DNA of 64,000 bases from a virus, in the IMG/VR virus record IMGVR_UViG_3300031715_000003, positions 30,225 to 94,224 of that record. One strand, 5' to 3'. A program made the position numbers and the translations under genes. Below are positions 18,187-27,440 of the stretch, in pieces. The number at the start of each line of letters is the position of its first letter. The first letter of the stretch is position 1. The notes beneath the pieces are model-generated. The model was not told the DNA's origin. It was given only the letters and a program-made list of their open reading frames with translations, and searched no databases.

Positions 18187-18658
18187 GTAGCGTGCGGAAT
18201 CGGCCATGAAATCCTGGTTTGTATCCGAGTTGCTTACCGATGCAGCGCAGGCTGTGGCCCGCGCGGTAAAGTTCCTGGATACGCGGGAGCAGTTTCTCCC
18301 CGACAGTAGGACGATTAATCCATTCCATTATCTGCTTCAACCTAGCTGCCTTTTCTGGAGCCATGAACCCAACCTTTTCTGCGTAGATCCTAATGCTGTC
18401 TGCCCTGCAGATGTGCAGTGTCCGGCAGGGCTTACGGTTTCTTCTCCGTCTGATGGACCATTCGGAAAATTCGATGCCGAGCATCGCCAGGTATTCCTGG
18501 CATGTATCCATGAGGAGCGCATCAGTGTTGGTCACCGTAAGGTAGTAGGCCGTGTGCTTGCGTCCACTGGATTCCTTTCGAAAAGAAACCGAACCTTCGC
18601 CGTCAAAGAACCCGCGAAGCCAACCGGCCATGAAGTCTTTGGATACTTTTCGCAACAT
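18131..18658 (-). CDS. Free-standing LAGLIDADG homing endonuclease with C-terminal HTH
   Basis: WLRGFFDGEGSV motif; antisense to flanking operon. Confidence 0.9.
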   Translation of the reverse strand: MLRKVSKDFMAGWLRGFFDGEGSVSFRKESSGRKHTAYYLTVTNTDALLMDTCQEYLAMLGIEFSEWSIRRRRNRKPCRTLHICRADSIRIYAEKVGFMAPEKAARLKQIMEWINRPTVGEKLLPRIQELYRAGHSLRCIGKQLGYKPGFHGRFRTLLIASGVEISRTRNHCCRV

Positions 18659-18701
18659 GCCTTATATAGTAGCACTTGTAATCCAACTAAAGGAGTAGAA
18701 A

Positions 18702-18884
18702 ATGGCTGAAAAATGGATTCAGAAGGCCAACATCAAAAAGGGCGCCCTTCACCGGCAACTTGGAGTCCCGCAGGGAGAAAAGATCCCAGCCAAGAAACTA
18801 GCTGCCGCCGCAAAGAAGGGCGGCACACTTGGGCACCGGGCGAGGCTGGCCCAGACGCTCAAGGGTATGGCGAACCAAAAGTAG
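18702..18884 (+). CDS. Small basic phage protein
   Basis: KWIQ...GALHRQLGVPQGEKIPAKKL...RARLAQTL; AAGGAG SD. Confidence 0.8.
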   Translation: MAEKWIQKANIKKGALHRQLGVPQGEKIPAKKLAAAAKKGGTLGHRARLAQTLKGMANQK

Positions 18885-19114
18885 TGGCGAGCGAACTCCC
18901 CATCTGCAAGACCTGCGGAGCATCGCTTGATGGATGCCCTGTGGTCATTACTGAGGGGAACACGTTCCACAGATTCTGGACGGACTGCCGCAGAACCAAT
19001 GAACGTCTGAGGACCAGCGCAGCCGATCTCCTCGAAGAGAACCAGCAGTTGCGCGGACTCCTAAAGGCAGCGATAAAAACCGCAGAAGACAATGACCGCC
19101 GCAGGAAGCGATAG
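18884..19114 (+). CDS. Hypothetical Zn-finger/coiled-coil protein
   Basis: GTG overlapping stop; CKTC...FH...C. Confidence 0.55.
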   Translation: MASELPICKTCGASLDGCPVVITEGNTFHRFWTDCRRTNERLRTSAADLLEENQQLRGLLKAAIKTAEDNDRRRKR

Positions 19115-20682
19115 TGGCAGCCCTCAACCAAGAATCCGTAGAGAAGAGCGCGAGCGCATTCCAAGCGGAACTAGCGCGGCGCCGGGAATCTCGCCCTGAG
19201 AACCTCACCCGCTTCAAGGAAGACCCACTGGGCTTTATCCGGTGGGATTTCCCATGGGGGAGACCTGGGCCGCTCGAACGGTTCGAAGGCCCCGACGTAT
19301 GGCAGGTGGACTTCCTCACGGAACTGGGGGAACTCATTCGGAAGCGCGAGTTCGACGGAGTCAACTCTGTTGCGCCCATCAGGATGACGCGCACTGCTGG
19401 CAAGGGCGTGGGGAAGTCGGTAATGGCCGCCTTCCTCACCAGTTTCCTTTTGAAGTGTTGGAAACTCTCCAAGGGGACCGTCACGGCCAACACCTACGTC
19501 CAACTTGAAACCAAGACGTGGGCGACCATCAGCCAGTGGCTCAGAATGTCGCGATCGTCCTCCCCCTTTGAAATTCGCGACTCCGGCGTCTACCACAGAG
19601 TGGAGCGCAAGGCGTGGTCTTGCACTCCCCAGACATCGGACGAAAAGAACAAGGAAGCGTTCGCCGGCCAGCACGCCGCCACCTCAGTACAGTACTACAT
19701 TTTTGATGAGTCCTCGGCCATAGCCGATACCATCTTCAAGGAAGCCGAGCGCGGACTTGTGGATGGTATGCCCATGATATTCGTGTTTGGGAACCCGACC
19801 AAATCCACCGGTACGTTCTTCCGTATCAATTTCGGAGACGAGAAGGAACGATGGAACCACGGCATCATCGATTCCCGAACCTGTAAGATTCCCAACAAAC
19901 AGGAACTCGAAGACACCATCAGGCTGGCCCCGGGCGGGGAGGACGATGACGACGTCCGCGTCTATATCCGCGGACTTCCGCCATTGTCGAACCCATCGAT
20001 GCAGGTCATCGATCCTCAGCGAGTCTACGACGCGCAGAAACGGACTCCCGAAGTCCTGGATGACGAACCGCTAGTGGCGGGCGTCGACCTGTCGCGCGGC
20101 GGCGGCGACCCGGCCGTCGTCCGCTTCCGCCGTGGCAATGACGCGCGTAGCATTGCGCCTCGAAAGCTTTCTCCCCAGGAGACGCGCGATTCCATGCAGG
20201 TGGTAGGGTACTTGTCTGATTTGGCGAAGCATTCCTTTGGGGGGAGGAAGGTGGCGGCGTTCTTTATTGACGGGGGCTCCATGGGCGGCCCCATCATTGA
20301 TCGTCTGCACCAGCTCGGGCTGAATCAATTCATCGAAGTGCAGTTCGGAGGCGGAGCCCCGCAGCCGGATCGCTACGCAAACATGCGGGCCTGGATGTGG
20401 TTTCAATTGGCTGAGGCGCTGGGGAGTCGGCTCGCGATTGACAAGGACCCCGTTCTGGAATTGGACTTGACGTCAGTGGCACCAGGCAGGCGCGACAAAA
20501 AGAACCGATTTGTTTTGGAATCGAAGGAATCTATGAAAGCGCGGGGATTGGCCTCCCCCAATGACGGTGATGCGCTGGCCCTCACTTACGCGCGGACGGT
20601 AGGACCGCAGCGCCCAGAGCGCATTCCACCGAAAAGGAACTACAACATCAAGCCCGAGGCTGGTTCCTGGATGGGGCTATAA
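19114..20682 (+). CDS. terL: Terminase large subunit
   Basis: Walker A AGKGVGKS, Walker B YIFDES, FGNPT, nuclease GVDLSRGGGD and SPNDGDALAL. Confidence 0.95.
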   Translation: MAALNQESVEKSASAFQAELARRRESRPENLTRFKEDPLGFIRWDFPWGRPGPLERFEGPDVWQVDFLTELGELIRKREFDGVNSVAPIRMTRTAGKGVGKSVMAAFLTSFLLKCWKLSKGTVTANTYVQLETKTWATISQWLRMSRSSSPFEIRDSGVYHRVERKAWSCTPQTSDEKNKEAFAGQHAATSVQYYIFDESSAIADTIFKEAERGLVDGMPMIFVFGNPTKSTGTFFRINFGDEKERWNHGIIDSRTCKIPNKQELEDTIRLAPGGEDDDDVRVYIRGLPPLSNPSMQVIDPQRVYDAQKRTPEVLDDEPLVAGVDLSRGGGDPAVVRFRRGNDARSIAPRKLSPQETRDSMQVVGYLSDLAKHSFGGRKVAAFFIDGGSMGGPIIDRLHQLGLNQFIEVQFGGGAPQPDRYANMRAWMWFQLAEALGSRLAIDKDPVLELDLTSVAPGRRDKKNRFVLESKESMKARGLASPNDGDALALTYARTVGPQRPERIPPKRNYNIKPEAGSWMGL

Positions 20683-20723
20683 TGATGGACGGGTTAAGCA
20701 TTAGAGCTTCCTATCAATCGACT

Positions 20724-20762
20724 TGGGGGGAGTACGGCGACAGACGTTCTCCCCCCGTTTTT
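20724..20762. terminator. Hairpin built from two copies of the dispersed motif; ends terL and RNA H
   Basis: GGGGGGAGTACG...CGTTCTCCCCCC-GTTTTT. Confidence 0.6.
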
Positions 20763-20844
20763 CCTTGCGTTGCGATGCTATGCGCCGACGAGATTTGCGG
20801 AGACGAGATACGCCAGGCTCCGACGAGCGCCGACATGCCGTGAC
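20763..20844 (-). ncRNA. Orphan pentamer-array RNA H (16 units)
   Basis: gtcac ggcat gtcgg cgctc gtcgg agcct ggcgt atctc gtctc cgcaa atctc gtcgg cgcat agcat cgcaa cgcaa gg; TGgTATAGT extended -10 at 20854-20862. Confidence 0.75.
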
Positions 20845-20896
20845 TTCCTTACGACTATACCAAGATTATGGTATCTTCTGAAGCAGGAGATTCCTG

Positions 20897-21172
20897 ATGA
20901 CGAGTGCCAGCGGCAAGAGGCCCACACGGCCTGAAAAACGCAAAGTGCTTCACTTCCATGGAGAGCCAGCGCAAAACGGTTTTCTCATTCATCACAGATT
21001 GGAGCCCCGGAAAATTCCACGCGCTGGCGGAGGGAGTATGCCGGCAATGGATGACGTGGATCCGAAACCCTATATGGCCACCGACAAGCAGTCCGCGCTC
21101 GATCACATCAGCGGATTGATGGATCAAATGGGGCCGTCCGATCAGAGTCCGGACCAAGCCGTCGCAGGGTGA
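20897..21172 (+). CDS. Hypothetical protein
   Basis: AGGAG SD. Confidence 0.65.
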   Translation: MTSASGKRPTRPEKRKVLHFHGEPAQNGFLIHHRLEPRKIPRAGGGSMPAMDDVDPKPYMATDKQSALDHISGLMDQMGPSDQSPDQAVAG

Positions 21173-21396
21173 AATTCCCGCTGACCATGACCCGCATCGA
21201 TCCAGTATTGCTCCTGCTCTTCCTCGGGATGCTGGTCTTCACCGGGTTGTTGCTCCTCATCTCTAAGTGGAGTCCCAACGATGGCCAGACCTTCCAGGTA
21301 ATTTCCGGCTTGCTCACCGCCTTCTCTGGCGCATTCTTTCTCCGCATCAAGCCCAAAACCGAAGATAAGACACCACCGGAACCGCCGGGGCAGTAG
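21169..21396 (+). CDS. Two-TM membrane protein, holin-like
   Basis: Two hydrophobic helices, charged C-tail. Confidence 0.5.
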   Translation: MKFPLTMTRIDPVLLLLFLGMLVFTGLLLLISKWSPNDGQTFQVISGLLTAFSGAFFLRIKPKTEDKTPPEPPGQ

Positions 21397-21408
21397 AATA
21401 GAGGGAGC

Positions 21409-21846
21409 ATGAACGGTCTCCTCTGTCCTCGATGCGAAAAGCCGCTCTCGAAGCATCATGAGGGGGAGTGCCCTCGCCACCACGTCAGTCGGCGCTTCTT
21501 TTTGGGATTTTTGGGAACCGCATTTGGAGCCGCAGCGGCCGCAAGCGTTCTCCCCAATGTAGAACTAGATGCGCCCCAAGGCGACGGGATACTCGTAACG
21601 GCAACGCCCAAGATTCACTCTGGTGCCACCATCACGGCTGAGCATTGGGGAAATTGGTACTGGATGGGGACGTCCTCAGATCCGCGCGCTAGGGCGATGT
21701 GCGAGGACGCCAAGCAGATTGCCGCCCGTCGCCACCGCTCCGTAATCGTGAGGAACAATGGTCAGGTGGTATGCCATGTGGACTTCGACAAAAATGGGAA
21801 GATGGTGGTGACGGAATATCCCACCGAAGGAGATCGGCTTTTGTGA
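21409..21846 (+). CDS. Hypothetical protein with Zn knuckle and twin-arginine motif
   Basis: CPRC...H...C then SRRFFLG + Ala-rich h-region. Confidence 0.6.
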   Translation: MNGLLCPRCEKPLSKHHEGECPRHHVSRRFFLGFLGTAFGAAAAASVLPNVELDAPQGDGILVTATPKIHSGATITAEHWGNWYWMGTSSDPRARAMCEDAKQIAARRHRSVIVRNNGQVVCHVDFDKNGKMVVTEYPTEGDRLL

Positions 21847-22099
21847 AAGCGACGTTCGTTATCGAAGTGGACAACATCTCGGTTGGCGCGATCCCACAAC
21901 TTCAGCGCTACCTAGAGCGTCAGGTGGAACTGATCAGTTGGCCGGGAGGTCCATCCGGAAGTGTGCGGCGCTGCGAACGTGCTGCCTACAAGTTGGCGGA
22001 AATGTGCTCTGGCGCAGATATGGCGAACCAGACTCAGGGGGCATGCTTGGCACCTGGCCAGAGTCTTGAGGAGTTCTGCGACCTCTACGGGAGGTTTGC

Positions 22100-22396
22100 A
22101 TGATAACGCGAAGAGGACTGATTGCGGCAATCGCGGCGGTGTTTCTGCCGAGCCGCAAGCGTACTCCCCCAAATACGCTGTACTGGCGAAAGCCTATCCT
22201 GGTCCCCGTTACCCACGGCGACTGGCCATGGCTACAGCCGGTTTCAGAGCCAGAACTGGAGACTGAATCTGTCTGCCTTCTCACAAACCGCGCCATCGTC
22301 GGAGAAATGCTCGATGTCCTTCATCGGGACATAGTGATAGCCAAAAAGGTAAATCGCAGGTACGAACAGAGATTAGGAGCATCATGGCCAAGTTAA
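22100..22396 (+). CDS. Twin-arginine leader plus coat N-terminal fragment
   Basis: TRRGLIAA; 16/29 aa identical to coat residues 6-34; GGAGG SD. Confidence 0.7.
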   Translation: MITRRGLIAAIAAVFLPSRKRTPPNTLYWRKPILVPVTHGDWPWLQPVSEPELETESVCLLTNRAIVGEMLDVLHRDIVIAKKVNRRYEQRLGASWPS

Positions 22397-22614
22397 GCAG
22401 CAAGCCATCCGAGGGTACGATTGAATCTCCCCCCACAGCGCAGCGCCGGGCCGCGTTCAACACGGAGATGGGAATCCAGAACCGGCGAGTCACGGGGGTG
22501 ACACGGAATCTCTTGCGCGCCTACCAGCAGTCGCCCGGGAGGTTCCTACCCAAGACCAAGGCCCTGGACGTGCTGGCCAATATGCGGAAGCCCGGCGAGA
22601 AGGGGGCGGTATGA
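22384..22614 (+). CDS. Small basic hypothetical protein
   Basis: AGGAG SD. Confidence 0.6.
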   Translation: MAKLSSKPSEGTIESPPTAQRRAAFNTEMGIQNRRVTGVTRNLLRAYQQSPGRFLPKTKALDVLANMRKPGEKGAV

Positions 22615-23260
22615 GGCTTGTCGGCCTGTACGTGCGCGCGCATCGTACTGACAGAATCATGCTTAATCCGACAGGGCGAGGTCTCTACCGTCAGTTCCGC
22701 ATCGGGTCGAACCAGAACATCGATTGGTTTGAACGTCGCCATCCCAAGGCATTCGTTTTCCCTGACAGGTGGCACTGGAGGGGAGCACGCTCTTGAAGCA
22801 CAAGGAGTTGTACTTGCATTCACACCGATGGGTGAAGCATTCTGGGAGTAGAACGCACTCCTATTGGGTATCGCCGCACAACGGCAAGATTTACATCAGG
22901 GCGTTCGCGGTCCAGATCCAACGTGGTTACGACAAGAGGGCCATTTGTGAATCGCTCAAAAAAGAAGCAATGAAACAAAAATCGGCGCCACCGTGTGCGG
23001 CGCAAACAGAACCGCCAAAAGATGTGTCTGCCCCAGCGGCCGAAGGGGCGACTCTAGCGTGACGTGCCGCAAAACGGCGATATCGTTCTCATTAGGCAAT
23101 CGATAGGGGGCAAGACCCACTACTTCATGATCGATAACGTGAGCCCCGAGCGATATGATCGCACCGCCATCCAGGAGGAGGACGGAATCGCTAGGCTTGC
23201 CGTGCAGCACGCTTCTACAATTTCCGCCGACGTGATGGAGGAAGAAAGCAGGCTCCCCTA

Positions 23261-23524
23261 GTGGAACAACAACTCCCGCGATACCGCTGCCACAAAGAAG
23301 TGCGGTCCTTCAAGATCGACCAGATCAATCCTGGGAGACTGGACGGCCAAGGCCCTGGTGCCACACTCGTCTCGTTGACGATTCCATTGTCCATTTCCGT
23401 TGGAGAAGAGTATCTCCACAAGCATGACCCTGAGCCGGGTGGATATTACGTCCGGTACGCTGACGGATACGAATCGTTCTCCCCATGCGCTGCATTTGAG
23501 GAAGGCTATACGCTGATATCCTGA
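23261..23524 (+). CDS. Conserved phage protein (YRCHK...GGYYVRYADGYESFSP...FEEGY family)
   Basis: Recognisable motif set. Confidence 0.75.
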   Translation: MEQQLPRYRCHKEVRSFKIDQINPGRLDGQGPGATLVSLTIPLSISVGEEYLHKHDPEPGGYYVRYADGYESFSPCAAFEEGYTLIS

Positions 23525-23721
23525 TGCCAGAATTCCTCGAGCAAAAACTTCGCTCCGAATACGCCGCCAAAGGGAAGAAGGGGAGAGCGCTCGACGCGGT
23601 GGTATACGGCACTCTGAACACCATCGGGGCGATGAGGGGCAATAAAATTACAAAAAAAGGGCGAGCCATGGAGCGCAAGCACGAGCGTGATACCATTTCC
23701 TCTATGGCCAATCGAAAATGA
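23524..23721 (+). CDS. Small basic conserved phage protein
   Basis: MPEFLEQKLRSEY...YGTLNTIGAMRGNKITKKG. Confidence 0.7.
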   Translation: MPEFLEQKLRSEYAAKGKKGRALDAVVYGTLNTIGAMRGNKITKKGRAMERKHERDTISSMANRK

Positions 23722-24805
23722 CACCAGCGAACCAACTGCAAGGAATCCCGGAAGGCGTGGAGGTCATCGACTACTTGCCAGCCAGCTCCGATGATTTCGA
23801 ACTCCTCCGCTTCTTCGATGACCCCATCATCATCAAGGGAGGGCGCCCGCACGCTTCGATCTCGATCCGGGTTAAGCCAGCGCAAGGCTATTGCTTCATC
23901 GAGGGGAAACTCCTCCAGCAGGCCGATATCAGGGCGCTCGGCACGACGACGCTGCAAACATATTCGGCCACGAAGGTTCTCCCTCCGACCGTCATTATGG
24001 CAACCATCAAGTTTTCGGTGGAGAACGCTATCGATCAGGCAGCGGTGGAGCAGGCGCTGGAAGGGTTGCGCCAAGTGCGGGGATTCAATTCGTTGGAGAA
24101 GGCATGAATATGGCAGAACTAAATCCGATTACTGACGTAGAACGTTATATCGACGCCAAACTTCAAGAAGGATTGACGGCGCTGGAAATCAAGATCAAGA
24201 TTGCGATCGCCGTGGAGGATGCGCGCATCGCGCTAGCCCGTGCCCTTCAACTCGATGATGATCCGAAGAACAAAGCCAACTACAGCGCGGCACTGACGGC
24301 TCTGGGGGAATAGTGGACTTCGAGCGATATCTCCTTAAAGCCCTCGGTGGTGCCGATGATGGATTGCTCTCCCTGAGGGTGGAACCGCTGGAAGACGGAT
24401 CTGGCCACTACGTTTACGTGGACCCACTGGGCGATAAGGAAGTCTTTATGCTGAAAGGCAACGAGCTGGTCCCATTCGGATTTTTCGATCCCGCCGAAAG
24501 ACCAAAAGCGTTCTCCCCCGATGAGTCACCGCTTCAAACGTCCTAAGCAGTTCCTCAATCAGGGAACTCCCCTGGCGAGACTGCGGAAGCACGTAGAGCA
24601 GATCCAGACTCAGGAGCAGTTCGACGCCTTCCTGGAAAAGCTCAGACCTGATATTCGTGCCGCCGGACTCCCCATGATCGAATCCTGGCTAAAGTTTGCT
24701 CCTCGAAACCTTGCTACCAAGGCCAACGCATCACGCGCTGCCGAGTTAGCCGTTAGCGAGGGGGAGTACGCTGTAGAAATTGAGACCGGGCCTTTATTCT
24801 CCTAA
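23718..24805 (+). CDS. Run of four coupled hypothetical ORFs (23718-24107, 24104-24313, 24313-24546, 24521-24805)
   Basis: Overlapping start/stop codons. Confidence 0.55.
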
Positions 24806-25183
24806 GGCGGCCCACCACGGCAAACAATCGCCCTAGATTGGTATGCTTGTGTCCGATGTGCCAGCCTCCGCACTCCTCGCATTCGTAAGGAGTCATCCCG
24901 CCGTACCCCTTTTTGGTCATAGCGCGGCAAGCGTTCGATGCGGTTTCCCGATGCCGGTACCGAACCTTTCCCGTGGCTTCGCACGTCATCTCTCCCCTGC
25001 TGGGCCCTCCCGGCGCACTTTCCATTTTAGACCAGTTCTCCCCCAACATTTGCATTTCAAAACATTTCTGCTGTATAGTGTGAATCAGCGGGGACTTCCC
25101 CGCCAATAAGAGAAGAACACCGCACCTGACCCGTCGTGATGACGGTGATGGTCGACCCCGGAAGTTTCGGGGGGAGTTCATAG

Positions 25184-27418
25184 ATGGATCCAAACTCCGT
25201 CACGGCGATGTCGCCGGCGCAGGTCCATTCGTGGCCTGTGCCGATGAATCCCCAATCCTATTCGGGCCAAATTTTTACCGACGCCGACGCCGAAGACGCG
25301 TTCCTCAAAGAAGCGCTGGAGCGTTTCAAAACCGCCGAAGACGCCGAACGCAAGCTCCGCGAAGAGATGGAGGAAGACCATCGCTTTGCCTGCGGAACCC
25401 AGTGGCCCCAAACCATCCAAGCACAGCGCCATGCCCAGGATCGACCCACCCTCTCGATCAACCGCGTCCCTGAATTCGTCTCCCACGCCGTAAATAACCT
25501 TCGTCAGAACCGGCCGATGATCAAGATCGTCCCAGTGGGGGACGGTGCCACCACCGACATCGCCAACCTTCGGCAGGGGCTGGTCCGCCACATCCAGCAG
25601 AAATCCAAGGCGGAGACAGTTTTTGACGAAACGGCCCACATGATGTTCGAAATGGGGTTGTCGTGGATCCGCGTGGTGGCCGATTGGGCCAATCCTGAAT
25701 CTTTCGATCAGGAACTCTTTATCCGCTGGATCCGCAATCCCTTTACGGTCTACTGGGACCCGTTCTGCACGCAGCCGGACTGGTCCGACATGAAGTGGCT
25801 CTTCATCATCGAGGACCTTACCAAAGCGGAATTCCAGACACGCTTTGGGGAAGACGCACTAGCGATGAGTTGGCCCACCACGGAAAGCGGAAACTCCACT
25901 CCCTCGTGGTTCCCGGAGGGCAAGATTCGGATTGCCGAGTACTTCCGGGTCAAGATCGTGGAGGACAAGCTCTGCCAGCTTGAGGACAAGACCACGCGGC
26001 TATTCTCGGAACTCCCCAAAGGCATGTATTTCGTGGCCGAGGTAGAGAACGGCAAACCCGGCGAACTCGGACTTTTTGAAGAAGAGACGAAAGCGTATGT
26101 CGGCAAAGCTCGCGAGACCAATGTACCAGAGGTCTGGCACTACCTGATGAGCGCCCGCAAGGTGCTGTCGAAGACGAGGTGGTTAGGGTCGCGCATTCCC
26201 GTTCTCCCCTGCATTGGACACCAGACGGAATTTGAAGGCGAACTCAGCGTGGAGGGCATGGTGCGGTGGGCACGGGAACCGCAGCGCATGTACAACTACA
26301 TGTACTCCTCCTTTGTGGAAGCGGTGGCGCTTACGCCCAAGGCGCCGTTCATCGCGGAGGTGGATCAGATCCCGGATGGCAATGCAGAAGAGTGGGAGAA
26401 GGCGAACCAAAAGCCGGTTGCCGTCCTGCGATACAAGGCCAGGTCAGAAGGCGGCCAACTTCTTCCTCCCCCCATGCGGCAACCCGCCACTCCCGATATC
26501 GCGGCGTTTAGCGCCGGGCTGCAGATGTCGGATGCCAACCTCAAAGCCGTCTTCCGAATCTACGATGCTTCGCTTGGACAGCGGGGCCCCCAGGAGTCTG
26601 GGCTTGCGATCAATGCCCGCAAGGTGGAGTCCGATACCGGGATTTTCAACTGGGGCGATAACTTCCTGAGGTGCCTCCACAACGTCGGCTGGGTCCTGAA
26701 TGAACTCCTACCGTTCTACTACAACAGCCCGGGGAAGGTGATCCGCATCCTCCAGGATGATGACTCCCGCAAGGAAGTCGTAATGAACCAAGCATTCCTC
26801 GAACAGGGACAGAAAAGGATTTACGATCTCGAACAACAGGGGGAGTACGGAGTAGATATTTCGACCGGGCCATCCGTCCAGACGCTGCGGCAGGAGAAGG
26901 TCAAGGGCATGATCGAGTTTTTCCAACTGTACCCTGCAGGTCTCCAAGCCTGCGCCCATGTCCTGGTAAAAGAATTCGATTTCCCTGGAGCGGAGAAGAT
27001 TTCGGCGCAACTCGAGAAGCTTCTCCCACCGGCCCTGCAGACGCCCGATCCGGACTCCCCGCCTGATCCCAATCAACTTCAATCGCAGATCGGGATACTG
27101 ACGCAGCAGAACCAGCAACTATTGGCGGCCCTCAAGGAAGCGAGCGACAAATTCAACCTCGAAGCCATGAAGCAGTTGCACGCCGATTGGCGCAACCAGC
27201 AGACCCAGGAAGTGCAATTGGCACTGGGGCTGAGCCGCACGGGCTCCGAGGAAATCAAGTTTTTATTCGACCGGATGTTCAGCGAGATGGAGCAACTGCG
27301 CCAGCAAGTGGCGGCAGGCTCTCCGGGAACTCCGGCGACGCCGGGAGTGAACTCCCCTCCGGCGACTCCGACTTTACCTCCAACGGCGGGAGGGCAGACG
27401 CCGTCCGTGGGTCCCTGA
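25184..27418 (+). CDS. Portal protein, P22 gp1-like
   Basis: QWP...RPTLSINR...EPQRMYNY...PKAPF...ESGLAINAR...ISTGPS. Confidence 0.93.
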   Translation: MDPNSVTAMSPAQVHSWPVPMNPQSYSGQIFTDADAEDAFLKEALERFKTAEDAERKLREEMEEDHRFACGTQWPQTIQAQRHAQDRPTLSINRVPEFVSHAVNNLRQNRPMIKIVPVGDGATTDIANLRQGLVRHIQQKSKAETVFDETAHMMFEMGLSWIRVVADWANPESFDQELFIRWIRNPFTVYWDPFCTQPDWSDMKWLFIIEDLTKAEFQTRFGEDALAMSWPTTESGNSTPSWFPEGKIRIAEYFRVKIVEDKLCQLEDKTTRLFSELPKGMYFVAEVENGKPGELGLFEEETKAYVGKARETNVPEVWHYLMSARKVLSKTRWLGSRIPVLPCIGHQTEFEGELSVEGMVRWAREPQRMYNYMYSSFVEAVALTPKAPFIAEVDQIPDGNAEEWEKANQKPVAVLRYKARSEGGQLLPPPMRQPATPDIAAFSAGLQMSDANLKAVFRIYDASLGQRGPQESGLAINARKVESDTGIFNWGDNFLRCLHNVGWVLNELLPFYYNSPGKVIRILQDDDSRKEVVMNQAFLEQGQKRIYDLEQQGEYGVDISTGPSVQTLRQEKVKGMIEFFQLYPAGLQACAHVLVKEFDFPGAEKISAQLEKLLPPALQTPDPDSPPDPNQLQSQIGILTQQNQQLLAALKEASDKFNLEAMKQLHADWRNQQTQEVQLALGLSRTGSEEIKFLFDRMFSEMEQLRQQVAAGSPGTPATPGVNSPPATPTLPPTAGGQTPSVGP

Positions 27419-27440
27419 GGGATCCGCAGAAAAGAGAACT

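Noticed and set aside
18131-18658. Group I intron or intein around the LAGLIDADG gene
   Set aside because: The gene is antisense with its own start and stop, and there is no room for ribozyme core elements or splice motifs.
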